Notes under the pieces: generated by a model
What the model saw: the letters and a program-made list of their open reading frames with translations, nothing else
Told to the model about the DNA's origin: nothing
Databases searched by the model: none
Program-made: the position numbers and the translations under genes
From: Anaerolineae bacterium
GTDB taxonomy: Bacteria > Chloroflexota > Anaerolineae > Fen-1058
Reading direction: 5' to 3'
Length of the DNA stretch: 64,000 nt
Assembly: GCA_046328575.1 (NCBI GenBank)
Contig: JAXLWI010000011.1
Coordinates: 1,163-65,162, forward strand
Part shown: in pieces, positions 60,268 through 64,000 of the stretch
Layout of the letters: each line of letters starts with the position of its first letter
Numbering within the stretch: position 1 is the stretch's first letter

Positions 60268-62190
60268 CTAGCCTTCTCTGAAGGTCTGCAGCGTGTCGAG
60301 GTAATGCTCTGGCAGACCGATGTCGAAGCGCCGCCCGTCGATGACGACGCCGTGGAAACCATCTTCCTGCCGCAACCGATCGAGGCACGAGGTCAACTGA
60401 AACTCGCCGCGCTCGCGTACGTTGTTGACAATGTGCTCTTCCAGATACTCAAAAATTTGCGGCTTGATGATGTACTGGCCAAAGAGCGTCAGATATTCGC
60501 CCTGTGGTAGACCGCTGACGAAGAGATGCTCACGGGCATAGTCAGCTGTGGGCTTCTCGGCGAATTCGGTCAGGTTCAGCAACCGATTGGCCTCCAGCCA
60601 CACGCCCGTTACTGTGCCAAACGCTGCGATCTGGCTCTCCGGCGTACGCCGCAACCCGACGACGCTGACACCATGTTGATGATAGGCATCCAGCATTTGC
60701 TGCGCGCACGATCGATCCGTATTCGAGCGATACAGGTGATCGCCCAGCATCAGCAAGAACGGCTCGTTGCCGATCGCTTCCCGTGCGCAATAGACCGCAT
60801 GCCCAAAGCCCTCCTGCGCGGTCTGCGTGACAAAGGTGACGTGCCGTCCGATTTCCAACAAGCGGTGCGAATAATCTTGGAAATGACGCGGGAGTTTGTT
60901 GTAATTCTCGATCGAGATCTGCGCGTTAAAGAACGACTTGAAATCATTCAGGTCGTTCTCCTGAACGATGATAACCACTTCTTCGATGCCGGCGTTTAAC
61001 GCCTCTTCGACGATGAACAGAATCGCCGGCTTCGCGATACCATCTCGATCGACCACCGGGAACAATTCCTTCTTGGTCGCCTTAGTCGCCGGGAACAAGC
61101 GCGTGCCAAAGCCGGCCGCTGGAATCAACGCCTTACGCACCTTGCGACCCGGCTTCAGCGTAAACGTCAGACACGACATACCCAAATCGCGTTCGATGAT
61201 CTCAACCACCGCCTGTTGATCGGCGGCGCTGCGCGCCAAAAATTGTGCGGTGCCATCGCCCTGTGAGCCGACGCCTTTGCCGCCCCAGACGTGCGGCTTT
61301 AGCGGCGCGTAATTCAAAACCTTATGAAGAACCGGCGAGGTCAACTCCTCAGGACAAGCGGGCGTGGCATATCGATCGAAAAACGCTTGCGCTTCCACCA
61401 TCAACGCCCCTAAGCGCTCCGCATCGCCCCCCTTGAGAGAATCAAGCGCCTGATGCACGATCCGTTTGTTGATCGGTCCCAATAGTTCCTGCACGCCATG
61501 TTCGACCTCGTTCTCGGCGAACGGATAGCAGCGATTCAGCCGATTGAGAATCTCCATCGTGTCCTTCTGCGCGTGCAGATCGACGATGACGAAGTTGAGT
61601 TCGGTATTGACCTGCAACTCTTGCGTATCCAACCGATCCCCGTCGAACGTCATCAGCACAGGACGCGTGCCAAACGCACAGCCCTGATCCATACGACCGC
61701 ACCGCGACGGCGTGGTGATCTCGCCCATGTAAGCTAATTCCATCTCACCGCGCGTGGTCAATTTGAGATCGTATACGCGATTGAACGCCCGCGCCGTCAA
61801 CACGCAGATCGCCGCACTGGACGACAGACCCTTCTTCATCGGCAGATCGGTCAGATAGTTGTCGATGACAAGGCCGCGCACTCGATAGTTCGTCGCCACC
61901 TGATAGGCCACACCCGCCATGTAACTCCAAAAGCCGCCGCGTTCGGCTTCTTCCAGCAAGGCTTTCGGCTCCATCGGGATTTCATACGGGCCGATGATTT
62001 CGCCGTCGGGCGTGCGCGACGACAAGACCAGCGAGGTCGGATGCGAGGAGACTTCGGCGTAGATGCCTTGATTCGTGCCGCTGATCAGGCAATAACCTTT
62101 TTCGATCTCGGCGTTTGTCCGACGATGCCCCCCGGCCCAATCGGAGTGCTCGCCCATCAAACAGATGCGGCCCGGAACAAATATCTTCAT
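60268..62190 (-). CDS. Bifunctional GHMP sugar kinase / GalU-type sugar-1-phosphate nucleotidyltransferase fusion
   Basis: N-terminal half: PGRICLMGEHSDW and PMKKGLSSSAAICV (GHMP motifs). C-terminal half: KALIPAAGFGTRLFPATKATKKELFPV (GalU-type motif) and LLMLGDH. ATG at 62190 preferred over the TTG at 62202. Confidence 0.8.
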   Translation of the reverse strand: MKIFVPGRICLMGEHSDWAGGHRRTNAEIEKGYCLISGTNQGIYAEVSSHPTSLVLSSRTPDGEIIGPYEIPMEPKALLEEAERGGFWSYMAGVAYQVATNYRVRGLVIDNYLTDLPMKKGLSSSAAICVLTARAFNRVYDLKLTTRGEMELAYMGEITTPSRCGRMDQGCAFGTRPVLMTFDGDRLDTQELQVNTELNFVIVDLHAQKDTMEILNRLNRCYPFAENEVEHGVQELLGPINKRIVHQALDSLKGGDAERLGALMVEAQAFFDRYATPACPEELTSPVLHKVLNYAPLKPHVWGGKGVGSQGDGTAQFLARSAADQQAVVEIIERDLGMSCLTFTLKPGRKVRKALIPAAGFGTRLFPATKATKKELFPVVDRDGIAKPAILFIVEEALNAGIEEVVIIVQENDLNDFKSFFNAQISIENYNKLPRHFQDYSHRLLEIGRHVTFVTQTAQEGFGHAVYCAREAIGNEPFLLMLGDHLYRSNTDRSCAQQMLDAYHQHGVSVVGLRRTPESQIAAFGTVTGVWLEANRLLNLTEFAEKPTADYAREHLFVSGLPQGEYLTLFGQYIIKPQIFEYLEEHIVNNVRERGEFQLTSCLDRLRQEDGFHGVVIDGRRFDIGLPEHYLDTLQTFREG

Positions 62191-62216
62191 GATTGCGCTC
62201 AACTTTCAGATGAGAT

Positions 62217-64000
62217 TCAATGATTGACTTTCATACCCAGGAAGCGAGTGATGATCTGCCGCCGCCAGAAGAACCGTACCAACAGCAACCATAGGCCGAC
62301 GCCTGCGGACACCACGCCCACTTCCAGCAGGCCCAACGTCGACAACGCAAAGACCGATCGGAACGTGGGAACGATCGAGATAACGGTGAAGGCCGCCAAT
62401 AAGACGCCGACCATGATCGTCGGCCGCCAATCGCCGCTGAGCGTATCGCCGCCCGTGAACCACTCGGTCGGCGGTTCGACGAAGATCACCAGCAACAAGC
62501 CCGTCAATACGAGGAACGAGGTCAGCGTCGTCTGCGCCAGCGGAATACCGGCCGTCAACATCCCCGCCGCCTGATCGGGCGACACATGTGCAGGCGCGAG
62601 CGGCCCGCTAACCGGCAGCAACAGCGCCGCGTAAAAGACCATCAAGCCGACCGCGCTAGTGAACAACACTGGCGTCAATACAAAGTTAGCCAGCCGCTGC
62701 ACGATGGTGCCCTTCGCTGTCGTGCCGGGTCGCGCCCACACCGCTAACAACACAGCGGGAATGCCGACTGAGAACAGTGTCACCAGCGAACCGTGCCGCA
62801 GTGCCAACGGGAACACACCGATAATCAGCGACGACACGATCAGCAGCGCCATCGTCAAAATGCGCGTCAAAAATAGGCGCAAAATGTCCTGCATGCCGTT
62901 GACGATGCGCTGGCCTTCCTGCACGGCAGGCGCGAGCGCGGCAAACGAATCCTTCATCAAGACGATGTCGGCCACAGCGCGGGTGGCCTGGCTGCCGCTC
63001 TGCATTGAGATGCCAAGGTTGGCTTTCTTCAGCGACAACACATCGTTGACGCCATCGCCGATCATGGCGACGTAGTGGCCGCGCGCCTTCAAAGCGTCGA
63101 CCAGTTTCTCTTTTTGCTGTGGCGTGATGCGGCCAAAGATTGTAGCGGTGCTGGCCGCCGAATTGAATTGCTCGTCCGTCATCTGTTGCAATTCGATGCC
63201 GCTGATCAAGTTGACGCCTTCGCCCAAGCCTGCTTGCTTCGCTAAAGCGTAGACGGTTTCGGGATTATCACCGGAGATGATCTTGGGCTGCACGCCCGAT
63301 CGGATGAAGGCTTCCAGCGTTTCCTTCGCTTCGGGACGCAGCTCGTCGCTCAGGCTTAACAAACCGATCGGCTGCAAGTCATCCGGCAGTGTGGAGTTGT
63401 CGCCATCGTCGTGCAGACGTGTGTGATCGGGGTGATGCGCGACCAGTAAAACACGCAGCCCTTGATCCGTCAGTTGCCCCGCTTGCGCCGTGATCGATTG
63501 CCACGCCACTGAGTCGAGTTCGCCCTTCGCGCCGAGATACGGTCGCAGCATTTCCGGCGCACCCATCGCATACAGGCCGCGCAGCGACGCGTCATTGAAC
63601 GCCACCGCGCTCCACTTGCGGGCCGATGAAAACGGCACGTCCGCCACGGGCGAAAGCCGATCGGCCTGGTAGGCCGCCGCGACGGCTTCGGCGGTTTTGT
63701 TCAACGTCGCCGCACTCGCCACCATCGTCCCCAGAATGCGCTGTAAATCGGCCTTGTTGAAATCGAACGGATGCACGTCGTTGACCTTCAAGCGATTCGC
63801 CGTGAGCGTGCCCGTTTTGTCGAGGCACAACACGTCGACGTTGCTCAAAGACTCGATCGCATTGCTCTGCTGAACGAGCGCGCCGAACCGAATGATGCGC
63901 ACCGCGCCTAACGCATACGCCACTGAGATCGACAGGAACAGGCCGTTCGGCACCAGACCTACCACCAAAGTCGCATCGGCGATGCTTTCCGACGCGGCGA
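62217..64000 (-). CDS. Cation-translocating P-type ATPase (C-terminal two-thirds; 5' end outside the window)
   Basis: The reading frame is open to base 64000. CLDKTGTLT phosphorylation site, MIGDGVNDVLSLKKANLGISM hinge, and C-terminal TM helices. Confidence 0.85.
   Translation of the reverse strand, partial: AASESIADATLVVGLVPNGLFLSISVAYALGAVRIIRFGALVQQSNAIESLSNVDVLCLDKTGTLTANRLKVNDVHPFDFNKADLQRILGTMVASAATLNKTAEAVAAAYQADRLSPVADVPFSSARKWSAVAFNDASLRGLYAMGAPEMLRPYLGAKGELDSVAWQSITAQAGQLTDQGLRVLLVAHHPDHTRLHDDGDNSTLPDDLQPIGLLSLSDELRPEAKETLEAFIRSGVQPKIISGDNPETVYALAKQAGLGEGVNLISGIELQQMTDEQFNSAASTATIFGRITPQQKEKLVDALKARGHYVAMIGDGVNDVLSLKKANLGISMQSGSQATRAVADIVLMKDSFAALAPAVQEGQRIVNGMQDILRLFLTRILTMALLIVSSLIIGVFPLALRHGSLVTLFSVGIPAVLLAVWARPGTTAKGTIVQRLANFVLTPVLFTSAVGLMVFYAALLLPVSGPLAPAHVSPDQAAGMLTAGIPLAQTTLTSFLVLTGLLLVIFVEPPTEWFTGGDTLSGDWRPTIMVGVLLAAFTVISIVPTFRSVFALSTLGLLEVGVVSAGVGLWLLLVRFFWRRQIITRFLGMKVNH

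Overview
About 58% GC, densely coding bacterial chromosomal segment. I count about 50 protein genes and one tRNA-Arg, and I saw no rRNA, CRISPR array or IS element. All calls rest on reading motifs in the ORF translations and the DNA; no homology search was possible. GGAGG-type ribosome-binding sites, TTGACx-17/18-TAxAAT promoters, trmFO, a class-I xylose isomerase and DUF4097 lipoproteins suggest a Terrabacteria-type organism, possibly Chloroflexota (inference only).

Gene order, left to right:
- Two paralogous FrhB-like Fe-S proteins and a 1270-aa secreted multidomain protein.
- An HtrA-like protease followed by a MoxR-DUF58-VWA-VWA operon.
- pckA, an aminotransferase, a methyltransferase, trmFO, an orphan soluble histidine kinase, a DUF4139 protein and hflX.
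- Two DUF4097-type lipoproteins next to a tyrosine recombinase.
- An unknown ORF with dinB, then a degenerate SF1 helicase-like protein.
- Transaldolase, an S41 protease and a Gly/Trp heptad-repeat peptide.
- A GyrI-like protein, then an aldo-keto reductase with an orphan Hcp-like protein and an MIase-like protein.
- pfk, then UvrD helicase, Cas4-like nuclease, a membrane protein and recJ.
- A pseudo-receiver, a CBS-ACT protein, a GH2 hydrolase and tRNA-Arg(UCG).
- A large pentose locus (46.3-60.1 kb): KdaD-like FAH hydrolase, MetH-activation-like protein, xylH, xylG, a tandem-duplicated xylF-like binding protein, an ABC-NBD::histidine-kinase fusion, a REC-HTH-REC regulator, a ROK regulator, xylB and xylA.
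- A GHMP-kinase::nucleotidyltransferase fusion and a truncated P-type ATPase.

The best candidate for an undescribed system is the soluble histidine kinase at 53194-54837. Its sensor module is a degenerate ABC-transporter ATPase domain. It is paired with an unusual REC-HTH-REC regulator and sits directly upstream of a double binding protein and the xylGH transporter genes.
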